Part shown: positions 25,696-36,543 of the stretch, in pieces
Numbering within the stretch: the stretch's first letter is position 1
Layout of the letters: every line of letters starts with the position of its first letter
NCBI RefSeq assembly: GCF_001186125.1
Contig: NW_014040365.1
Coordinates: forward strand, 48,187-90,831
DNA: 42,645 nucleotides
From: Sphaeroforma arctica JP610
Lineage: Eukaryota
Reading direction: 5' to 3'
Translations under genes and position numbers: made by a program
Notes under the pieces: generated by a model
Told to the model about the DNA's origin: nothing
Databases searched by the model: none
What the model saw: only the letters and a program-made list of their open reading frames with translations

Positions 25696-28600
25696 ATGAA
25701 CACACTTGGCGCCAAAGCCGCCCGCGGCGGGTTCGCCCACTTCGCTCCTGCAATGGGTGCACTAAATTCTCTACGCATAGGTGCGCGTGCAGGAAACAAC
25801 GTACAAGTAAGCAACAGTATACGACACCATTCTGCCGAAGAAGCAAACGAATTTGGGGAATTCGCACCCCCATCGAGACCTTCTGCGCACACAGATAGAC
25901 GCCCATTGTATCTGGACATGCAGGCTACCACACCAATGGATCCTCGAGTGCTCGATGCTATGCTGCCGTATCAAGTGTCGCTGTATGGTAACGCACACAG
26001 CCGAACACATCAGGTGAGTATCCTCATATGGTAGTGTGCTAGTGATACATTATATTTGTATTGTATGTACATCATTGCACCCCTCTAGAGACGACAGATA
26101 CGATATATATAGTCTACACTGCCGATTCTTGTGTATGAAGGTATTACGTCGGTTGCTGGTGGTTCGTGACAGACTATACAGTGTAGGCGGCCATTTTCTT
26201 GTTGTTTTGAGATCGGTGAACATTTCAGTCTATCTGCAAGCAGCCACATGGGAGCGATCTACCTAATGTATCATGCATTTTCATTGGCGAATCCCATGTC
26301 CTTTTAATGAAGCCATAAATTCCGGTTATGTTTACATAGGATAGGACTTTGATTAACCACACATTGTCTAGGTTGCATCCTGAATTGTCTATATGCTATA
26401 TATATTTACACATACACCCACATACACACACATATATATATATATATAAAATACATCTATGATGATATGTAAGTATGTTTGTATTTGTCTATCTATCAAT
26501 TTCTATCAATATTATATATATATATATATATAAAATACATATATGATGATATGTAAGTATGTTTGTATTTGTATATCTATCAATTTCTATCAATATTATA
26601 TATTTATATATAAATATGTAAATGTTTGTAGGAATGTATCTTCTATTTTTAAATATGTATGTATATATATTCATATAGATATATATGAATACATATATAT
26701 ATACATATGTATATATATATATCTTTATATATGTATATATATATATCTTTATATATATGTATATATATATATCTTTATATATGTATATATAACTAATTCT
26801 ATATATATATATATATATACATACATATATATATATACATACATACATACATATATATGTGTGTGTGTGTGTGTGTGTTTATGTATATGTATAAATATAA
26901 GTACATATATAGATTAATATGCCGCTTTATATACCTATCTATCATTTATAGTATATATATATATATATAAATTTATAGATTAATACTATAAATATATTTA
27001 TATGTATATATATATAAAAGTATATATATACATATATTTATATATTTATCAACGCATATATATAGCTACACATACACAAACACACTCAAACACACACAGA
27101 CATACACACACACACAGACATACACACACACACACTCATATATTAATATATTATTGTATATTCATAAATTCATATATTTTTTTGTTTATATGCACACACA
27201 AACACACACACATGTATATATTTATATATGAATATACATACACAAATTCAACTATATTTTCATACATGCACAGAGAGATATATATGTTTATATATATATA
27301 TATGTATATATAAATATGTACATATAAATATATATATGTATATATTAATACGTATATATATATGTATATACATACACACACCCCCACACACATACACACA
27401 CCAACATATATATATATATATATATGTTGTTATATATATACATAAGGATATGTATGTGTATATGTGTGTTTGGTTTCATTTTAATATGTTCATGTATAAT
27501 AAGATTAAGGCGATACCTTTTACCAGTACACATTTATTTATTTATTGTCACCATTATCCTAGATTAATATATCTGGATCATAGTATAAAATACAATTGCT
27601 TCAGATTGTCATAATAGGCATGTCTAACTGATGCGATCCCTATGAAAACCATTTCATACTTTATAGACATGCTTTCGTCAAATTTGTTCTACTTTAGTAT
27701 GGTTGGGAGGCGGTAGACGCTGTTGAAGAGGCCCGTGAGCAAGTTGCCCATTTGATTGGTGCAGAAGATAAAGAGATTGTGTTTACTTCGGGTGCGACGG
27801 AAAGCAACAACATTGCCGTGAAGGGTGTTGCTGAGTTTTACAAAGGAAAAAAGAAGCATGTCATCACCACACAGACAGAACACAAGTGTGTGCTGGATTC
27901 TTGCAGATATTTGGAGGATCAAGGGTTCGAAGTGACGTACTTGCCCGTGAAAGAGAATGGACTTATCGATTTGGACCAGTTAAAGGCGGCTATCCGCAAA
28001 GATACATCGTTGGTGTCGATCATGGCGGTTAATAACGAGATTGGTGTGGTGCAACCTTTGAAAGAAATCGGACAAATTTGCAAAGAGAACAAGATTATGT
28101 TCCACACAGATGCAGCTCAGGCCGTGGGCAAGATTCCCTTGGATGTGCGGGACATGAACATTAATCTTATGTCTATCAGTGGGCACAAGTTATATGGACC
28201 AAAGGGCGTGGGTGCGTTGTACGTGCAGAGACGTCCGCGTGTGCGCCTTATCGCTCAGATGAGTGGCGGAGGCCAAGAGAGAGGTACGTGTTCTATATAT
28301 TTAGTTTTATTGCAACATGCAAGTAGTTCGTCTTTCTCGCCTGTAGATGTACCGTGTAATCAATTGGGGGGTCTTTTCATTGCTTTTTCATTGCAGTATC
28401 TCTGTACTGCCAGAAACAAGAAGGGAATCATTGCATGATGCGACGATGTCCTTGGCTAATATGAAATAGAAAACGCTAGCCGCTCACATAGAATATACTT
28501 GATTTCAATCTGACCGCAGGAATTCGGTCAGGCACTCTCCCAACTCCCCTCTGTGTCGGTTTGGGCGCCGCCTGTTCTCTCGCTGAGAAGGAGATGGCGT

Positions 28601-29784
28601 TTGACCACGAGCACGTGAGCAAACTGAGTAAGCGATTGATTGATGGTATCAATTCGAAACTGAGCAATGTGATCCGTAACGGGGACCCGTATGCCACCTA
28701 TCCCGGCTGTGTGAACTTGTCCTTTGCTTACGTCGAAGGTGAAAGTCTTCTGATGGGTATGTAGACTGTCAAAGCAGAAAGTATGAATTCAGTTGTGCTA
28801 GTTGTTGTTCTTTTATAAGCGATTGAAAAAATAGGCTGTCCTCGCATTCCGGTTATATGAAAGCGTTTGACGGCGCGAGTCTGTTGATTGGTATCTAGTT
28901 TATGTTTAAGAGAACGCGTATTTGCGCTTCGTAAAGGCGATATTTGCGTGCACTGCTTCGTGGCAATGTGAATTGCGCAGTTGCGTCGATTACATACCTG
29001 GGTGGATGGGGGGATTTCTTGTCAATAGGCGTTGTTGGTTATATGCGTTATTCTATTACCGTACAGAAAGGTCTGTATTCAATCTCAGCAATTGTGCAAT
29101 ATGTTATGTCGCGTTGTGTTCTCCAATACTGAAAATATTTATCGTTCATTTTGTACAAATAGCCCTGAAGGACATTGCGCTTTCGTCGGGAAGTGCGTGT
29201 ACGTCAGCTTCCCTTGAGCCATCTTATGTTCTCAGAGCCATTGGTACTGATGAGGACCTTGCGCATTCTTCTATTCGATTTGGTATCGGACGGTTCACCA
29301 CCGAAGAAGTATGTTTTCATCAAGTTTGATGACTGTGGATAAACTGATTAACTGAGTTGGCCATATGCAGGTGTTGCTATGCGGGTCATTAATATTATAT
29401 GGTCGGGCTCGTTTCGAGTCATTGTTTGGTTTACTTTTGCGAGTCATGTTTATCCGAGCTAGGCCAGTGAGATTTGTAAACGCGTGTAGCCGTAATTTTT
29501 TTTGCAGATGCACATTGAGGAATGTAGTGGCTGTCAAGTTTTTATTTATTTTATGTATTCAGGTTTTTTGAGATCCTATATTGTTGGCCACCTCGTTCTA
29601 TATTCCACGAGTTAATCACATATTTGTATTTGTATTTATAACGTGAACGAACACATTGCAGGAAATTGACTATGTCGTGGCGAAGTGCTTGGAGCACGTG
29701 GAACGTCTGCGCGAATTATCTCCCCTGTGGGAGATGGTACAAGAAGGAATCGACCTGAAAAGTATTCAGTGGTCTCAGCATTAG
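25696..29784 (+). CDS. NFS1: Mitochondrial cysteine desulfurase (IscS/Nfs1 family)
   Basis: Exons 25696-26013, 27698-28283, 28520-28756, 29163-29308 and 29662-29784. Motifs: [64 protein letters not shown] (PLP lysine), [28 protein letters not shown] (catalytic Cys), and C-terminal [20 protein letters not shown]-terminal presequence-like extension. Confidence 0.97.
26397..27470. repeat. (TA)n/(CA)n microsatellite block in NFS1 intron 1, with an ~84-bp tandem duplication at about 26433-26600
   Basis: Directly visible. ATGATGATATGTAAGTATGTTTGTATTTGT..ATCTATCAATTTCTATCAATATTATA occurs twice. Confidence 0.95.
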
Positions 29785-30262
29785 TTTTGCCCTCAAGTCT
29801 TTAGTAGGAATTATGCGTGTTTGTGCACATGGTATCGGTCTTGCACCATCTTGCCAAGTATGGGGTTCCCCCACAGGAAACCGGAGTTTGATAATAAGAA
29901 AGTTGCACTCTTGCTGGCCTGAACATTCTATCCTTAGTTTCATGACGAGTACATTGTCTGTGGAGAAGAAACAACCTTTTTACATCACGTCGCGTAGGCC
30001 ACACGATTGATCGCTTCCTGACCGTACGATATAGGCAGACGACTTGCAAGTTGTATTGACAATTTGATTGACGATTGGTTGACCAATTGATTTATGAATG
30101 AGGCGTTTTATTGGATGTCAAGGCGCAAGTTTAATAAAGAGTATCTAGTGGGGCCGCATATTTGGGATTTGGGTTCTTTCTTCTAGTTTTGAAATGATAG
30201 AAGTCTTCACTATTCAACAGTTCAAGTTTAGGTTTCGCGATACAATAAGCTTTACGATTTTA

Positions 30263-31144
30263 TTACTGATGTAAGCGTCTCCAAAGCCGTATTTTGTACG
30301 ACCAATAGAAAAGAAAACTGTCATTAATTTCGACTCTACAAGGGTAGTCCACCCTTCTGAGAGGCCTATCAAGTTGGAGGGTATGGTTTACATAATCCGA
30401 TATATTCATCGGTATTTGCTGTGCCCACACAGCCATCTTCAGGCAGTCTAATAATGCACTATGTGCAGCCTTTTCTACTAATGTGAGTTGTACTTCTTTG
30501 TGCAAGCTGCCCGTTCGTTTCCAGATCATCGTATTGACGACCTCGTCGCTCATTCCCAATATACATTGCCTATCAATAGCCAAGATGGCGAGTCCTTCCC
30601 TCACACCAAGCCTATGCGCAACACCTCCTACATTAACCTTCCCTACATGCTGCCCTGTAGTTGTCATTCCACGTAGTCTTCCGTTTTTCAACGGCACCCA
30701 GGCATGTAGTAGATCTGGTTGCTGCTCAAACATAATGGTCAAATGTTCGCTGTTATCAAGTAGTGATTGCACATCTGAAATTGAATCCGGCACCAGCTGA
30801 TTTATCGACAAAATGCGATCCGCAAAGCTTAGACCTGCCCTATAAGCTCCTGATCTGTAACCGAAATCATCGTACTTTTGTACACATGTCACATAGTACT
30901 GGCCGCCAATCTGGGACACTTGGGCGCCGAAACTGCACTCCCTTCTTCCTTTACATATGCTGGCAATCCTTGATTTATTCCTAAATGGAGTGGTGTTGTT
31001 GCCTAAGCGCTGTGTGCTGTCCAAAGAGCATCGGCTATTTGACTCAGGATCAGACAGGGAAAATTGTGATTTAGAATAACAACTCAAAAGTCGCGGTCGC
31101 ACTGAGGTTTCGCCCATTATGACTGTGCTACCGTATACAGACAT
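30263..31144 (-). CDS. Intronless tandem-PDZ protein, syntenin-like (293 aa from the ATG at 31144)
   Basis: Long clean ORF with two PDZ-like units matching the syntenin layout. PDZ1: R...ICK....FGAQV......YYVTCVQ....AYRAGLSFADRILSIN. PDZ2: GM......V.KV..GGVAHRLGV.....ILAIDRQCILGMSDE.V..MI......VQLTLV, followed by a C-terminal helix. Confidence 0.75.
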   Translation of the reverse strand: MSVYGSTVIMGETSVRPRLLSCYSKSQFSLSDPESNSRCSLDSTQRLGNNTTPFRNKSRIASICKGRRECSFGAQVSQIGGQYYVTCVQKYDDFGYRSGAYRAGLSFADRILSINQLVPDSISDVQSLLDNSEHLTIMFEQQPDLLHAWVPLKNGRLRGMTTTGQHVGKVNVGGVAHRLGVREGLAILAIDRQCILGMSDEVVNTMIWKRTGSLHKEVQLTLVEKAAHSALLDCLKMAVWAQQIPMNISDYVNHTLQLDRPLRRVDYPCRVEINDSFLFYWSYKIRLWRRLHQ

Positions 31145-32189
31145 GTCGAATGCACACGTGCTGTCCTGACAATATTGAATAATGAGACACAAGTCACTTC
31201 CGATGCATATAAATATTGTAGTAGTTTATTATGAAAAGTTTGAAATTTTTAGGTTATGTATTTAAAAAATTATAAAATATGTATTCTCAAAATGTCAATA
31301 ATTGCACAATGTATGACGTATGTATTGTAAATTAGCTATCCAGGAAGTTGCGAAATGCAATTTTGATGCTACATGCATGATGTGCACATGATGATGAATC
31401 GAAAACAGGTTTTCTATCGGTAACCTGCTGGCACCCACACCAACCAGCCGGACCTTAGAAGAGCTATCATCAGACATCAATAGATGTTACATCAACACTT
31501 GATAAATACTCACATTGAGTAATGTACCGCAAACTGGTTCGGTGGTTTGACCTGAAAGGTTTGATTCGCTCAGTCTTTAGAAACGAAATATTAAATAACA
31601 ATAAAAAATCACAAAATTTGTTCAGGCCAATGGTGGATTCGAACTTCGATACTTGCGACTCTTAGAGCATATTTGTTTGATGTTATTTATGCTATGGAGT
31701 ATTGTATTTACGTACTATTTAGCTTCATTCTAAAATTCTATGTAGAGAGTAAATAATTGAGTATTTAAAAAAAAAAGCATCTACATGTATATATATATGT
31801 AATTGATGTATATGTAGTAGATATATTCATCTTTTTTTTTAAAAAGGAAACAAACATTCTGCACATATATTTTTAACCAGAAAAAAAAATACAATTCACA
31901 GTTTCCACCGTCCGCTGAATTTAAAAAAAATTACACTGACACTCACATTTAAAAAAAAAACTTGTATCACGCTTCACTGTCAATTTCAAGCTCTTCTTTT
32001 CAGCCGTCAATAACGGACCCGCAAAATATGCTCTATTTTTCGAAACAAATTACCGGACAGATTTCAAGTTCAATATGTAAAAAAATACATAGGGACTCTA
32101 CACCTAAGCTACGCTTCCGGTGAAAAATACATTATAACCTTAGGGCGACTTCAGAGCCTCAGACTAAATAAAGTATTTTTTTAATAAAT

Positions 32190-32950
32190 ATTAGACCCAG
32201 GAACCCGGAGTCCCAGTCTCCCAGACACCCACTAACCCACACTGAGGCCTGAGGCCTGAGCCTGAGGAAGACAAGGCCCCTGTCCCCTGGCCCCTGGCCC
32301 CTGGCCCCTGGCCCCTGGGGCTGGGGGCCTTTCAGGCCTGGACGGCTGGACTCAAGAGACCTAAGACAGGACTCCTGGAGACAGGAAAGCCTAGAATCTA
32401 ATTTTAAACTTTTAGAAAATAAATAAATACATAGCACTGTTTTCAGGTCTCTTCTCTTGCATAAATAGCACAATATTTCAAATATACATTGCCATTTTAC
32501 TTTTTTAAATAAAGAATATATGGAATCAGAATTTTGAAGAAAAAACATTCTCACAATTTCAGTCAGTGTTTTACTGTTTCGCACATAGCCTCATACATAA
32601 TGTGTCACGCCTTAGTCATACATATCATGTACTTATTTAGATTTTTTAAATTACGGTGGCGAGTCACAGAGTAAGCCGAGCAATGCTCGGCACCGCCAGT
32701 CACTGGCCACTGTGACCAGACTCACGCCAGGCGCCAGCAGCCCAGGGCCCCCAGGCTCCAGCACTCTGTACACTGTGTAATGTGTGCAGCGCTGGCGGCC
32801 TGGCCAGCAGTGCCCAGCAGCGGCCAGCAGTGCCCAGCAGCGGCCAGCAGTGCCCAGCAGCGGCCAGCACTATTATGTATTTGACAGCACTCTGTACACT
32901 GTCCCAGCAGTGCCCAGCAGCGGCCAGCACTATTATGTATTTGACTATTT
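32190..32950. repeat. GC-rich repeat island: (CCCCTGG)x5 at 32284-32318, (GGCCAGCAGTGCCCAGCAGC)x3 at 32802-32861, and a 60-bp-period duplication at 32844-32945
   Basis: Repeats are directly visible, with a sharp GC contrast to the AT-rich flanks. The island lies just upstream of the decayed transposase. Confidence 0.85.
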
Positions 32951-33243
32951 GTGTTTTAAAAATTGTGTATGTACAACAGTGACAGCCTGACAGCTGGGTT
33001 GGTATACGACAACGACATACACCCCTGAAAAAATGTCGCCGCGACAGGTATGGCGTGTCTCGATTTGTGTATGTAGGCTACGATACAACCACCAGCAAAG
33101 CTGCCGACTTCATGTCGCGACCGACATGTCCTGACAGGAGTCCAGGTCTGCCAGCCCCAGGGCCCAGGACCATGAGTCCATGATTCCATGAGGCGTGACT
33201 CTTTGAGTCTATGTCGACATGAGAGTGAGACTCAGACAAAACT

Positions 33244-36206
33244 ATGCCTCCTGCCCTCCTCTCGCCCTCCCCTGCCAGAGCTACCATGTCATTCTTAACA
33301 AAAAAAAGGATTAAGACCACCTTCTGCGAGAATAAAATACTCCGGTACAAATTGACCCAGCTTCAAGCTACGAATCAGAACGTTATGTTAATGCGGCATC
33401 GCAAATTATGACCAATGTAAAAGCGGAAATGAAAAGAGGAGGTACATTAAAGGAGATCGCCCGTTGGATGTACATATGTACCGTGCTTAGTTCAGAAGTT
33501 TGCAGTACTCGATCGATTCCAACCGTAGTCGATTCTGTCGTAAAAATAGAACAGAATGCTATAAATAAATAAGTAACCCTGAAATCCCCAACATGGCGCC
33601 CTTTTTTGTTTTGATTTTGTTCAATTTTCAGAAGGTATTATGAGTGATACTTGCCATTTTTGAAAAAAATATTATTATCCGACTCACTTGCCCCAAGCTT
33701 CAAACGGGAATTTATGCGTGACACCCTGCGACGGCAATGATCCCGAATATGAGTGCAAGGGAAGTGTTTGTTGTTGTAATGGTGTCGCTCACCGAGGTCA
33801 GAAGCGAAACAATAGAAATAGGAAAGCATACGTCAATTCAACTACTACGAGGCAATCAAAGCGTTTGCGCGCAGAGATAAATTATACAGACGTGGAAGGA
33901 CCTACGACTCTTGCTATCGAGATAGTTGAAGATAACTTGAAAATCAAAGACTTATACACTGTTCTAGATGTGAAAGGTAACCCATACGAGTACACTATGT
34001 CAAATTCTGCTATGTTAGTAGGCAGTGTGAGGAAACTTGGTTTACTAGTAGGCCACGTGAGAGGTTTGGTTAAACAGTTGACCAAAATAATATCGCCAAG
34101 GATACTAGATCTAGCAACCTTCTATACAACTTAGTTGTAAACAAGAACAATAATGCGCTGCTCAAGAAAGAGCAAACGATTCTGGGTAGTATGGCGGACG
34201 TGGCTGTCAGAACGGATGATTCATATATTTGTAGAGCTATGCATGCTCTGCCTTTCAATGCTGTCTACGATGACAACCAGAGCAAATCTTCCAGTACGGT
34301 GATGGTTCGGGATCAACTATTGTTTGCAGCTGATAGGTTGCAAAATAAGATAGAGGAAGAAGTGCTAGTGCCTAATTTTGCTGCTCATGATTCTATACGC
34401 GCCCAGAGTGACTTTGATGATATCCAAACTGATAGGATGTCGAGAGAAAATACCATGTACAAGCCTAGGGTATGTATATAATGAGAATTATACACAACGA
34501 AAATATAGGATTCATAGCCAATATTTAATTGATGCATTCTTTTATTTTGCTTTATACTTCAATTATGTTATCAGATGAGAGGTCGAGTTTCTTGTACACC
34601 TTAGAATGGCTTCATACAAAATCTAGAATGACGTCTGGTTTTATTGCAGGACAGCTCCGCAACCCATGCTATTTGAAAGCCCGGCTAAAGGACATTCCGT
34701 ACATGTTGAGGAAATATAGTAAGGAGGTGATATAGAAGGCATACGATGCCCATTTTGGAGTAGATACCTCTCGAGCACACTTGGCGACATGAGATAGGGA
34801 AAGAGTGCAGCTTGTTTCCGGGAAAGAGGGGCCGGTGAATGGAAGCATGCCGGTTTTATACAATGGTCTTAACTTCTACGAGTTATTAACCCACGATACC
34901 AACCTTCAAGATCCACTTGGTGATACACAACCAGACGCATCTGAGACCAAGCATAAAACTTCCATGGATTTCTGTGACCTTACATCAATAATACCTGTAT
35001 TACAGACAATTGATAAAGATATCTTTACGTTCCAAAATCATACGGCAAGAGGTTCATGGCAAGATCATCATATAGCTAACATCAAAAACAACCTAGACAA
35101 CGATACACTACATATCATCTTGGATCACAAACAGAAGATATTATCTCAGTGGTACCATGGAGATATGGTAAAGTACTTCGGCAAAACGTGCCACAGTCTA
35201 TTAGGAGCCGCCATCACATACAGAAAGGCTACGTGTGGTTCTATAGAATCGGGATATCTTGATTTAGTGATGGTGGATCACAATCAAAACTGCGAAAGAG
35301 TGCAAACAGCGTTGGAAGGTCTTGTATTACACGTGAATTAAAGATTCCCGACGAAGACTAAGATCATCATACAAAGTGACAATGCGTCAGCCTCCGCAGC
35401 TTCTGACAACTGTGCAGCGTGCTCAAAAATCAATAAAACGTTGAAAGATATGGGGGGGTGACTTGAACATTGCACGATGGATATATACAGAAGCTCAGCA
35501 AGGGGAAACTACTGCAGGAGTTTGAGCTAGAGTACTCTGATCCAACAGCCAGTACAGTTAGACCACCTAGGAAAGAAGGAGGCGATGTTTTGATAGAAGC
35601 GATAGTAAGCTTTGCTACAGGTACGAGTGTAACAGAGCATGGCGGCCTTCAAATTCAACGACAAGGAACACAGCAAGCAGGATCACAGCAAACACTGGAA
35701 CCACAGCAAGCAGGATCACAGCAAACACCGGAACCACAGCAAGCAGGATCACAGCAAACACCGGAACCACAGCAATCAGGGTCACGAGCTGGACAACCAG
35801 AAACACTAGAAAAATACCACAATATAATGAAGCCCAGATACTGCAAAAAAAAAAAAAAGGACAACGCAGTGGTGCTGACGCCTTGCGTCTTACTCCGGCT
35901 GCAGCGGCGCAGTGTAAAGAATGGTACTTACAAGGCCTAACATCGGCTAACAAAATATCAGCCGAGATTGCTCAACAGCGCTTAGAGCGGGATATCGGTG
36001 AGAATTGGGTGGCTAGGTACGTAATGACACTCGAAAATGTAAAGAAGTAAAATAACAAAATCAAAAGCAGCTTAGACCCGAGAACGGTTGATAATCCCGA
36101 ATGTAAGCAGTGCCGTGTGCGTGGTATGTTCTTCTTGAGCATTGTGAGCCACGCAAAAACATGTTCCGAGTTTGCAGAGGATCGAACACGAGAGAAAAAA
36201 TTGTAA
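33244..36206 (+). mobile_element. Decayed, intron-containing DDD-type DNA transposase, probably Sola3-like
   Basis: Broken ORFs contain HIILDHKQKILSQWYHGDMVKYFGK..HSLLG, DHNQ....VQTALE.L.....RFP....IIIQSDNA, and RWIYTEAQQG (frameshifted). A C-terminal CKQC..HAKTC zinc finger lies at ~36102-36164. This resembles the D.xMK.LP..YRE.Q..WFGKRG / SDNA pattern I associate with Sola3. Several stops and frameshifts; no TIRs found. Confidence 0.6.
35671..35785 (+). repeat. 33-bp tandem repeat, ~3.5 copies, encoding QQAGSQQTPEP
   Basis: CAGCAAGCAGGATCACAGCAAACACCGGAACCA-type units start at 35671, 35704 and 35737. Confidence 0.92.
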
Positions 36207-36543
36207 TTTTCGTAAGAAATACGTATTAAGGTCCATTCCTGATTTTTAAAATTAAGATTTACGTAAGGAAATCAAATTTTGGAATTCGGACTGTAAGTAA
36301 TATTTTATTTCTTAATTAAGAAAACCGGAATATGGCCGATTATGTTCTTTAAAATAAGAAATAAGCAGATCCCGATATTATATTTATTTTTTAAGGAACG
36401 GGATATATTCTTACTTTATCTTATTTTTGCTCACATGGTGACTGAAATCATATATTTAGTATGTATCAATTAATACAGTAATCAGAGTGTAATATATTTC
36501 GTTTCTATAGTTAGATATATTGTACGTCGGATTGTAGATTAGT

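Noticed and set aside
31620..31670. Minus-strand GTTCGAATCC B-box as a tRNA gene
   Set aside because: No A-box, D-arm or acceptor-stem pairing is visible; at most a tRNA/SINE fragment.
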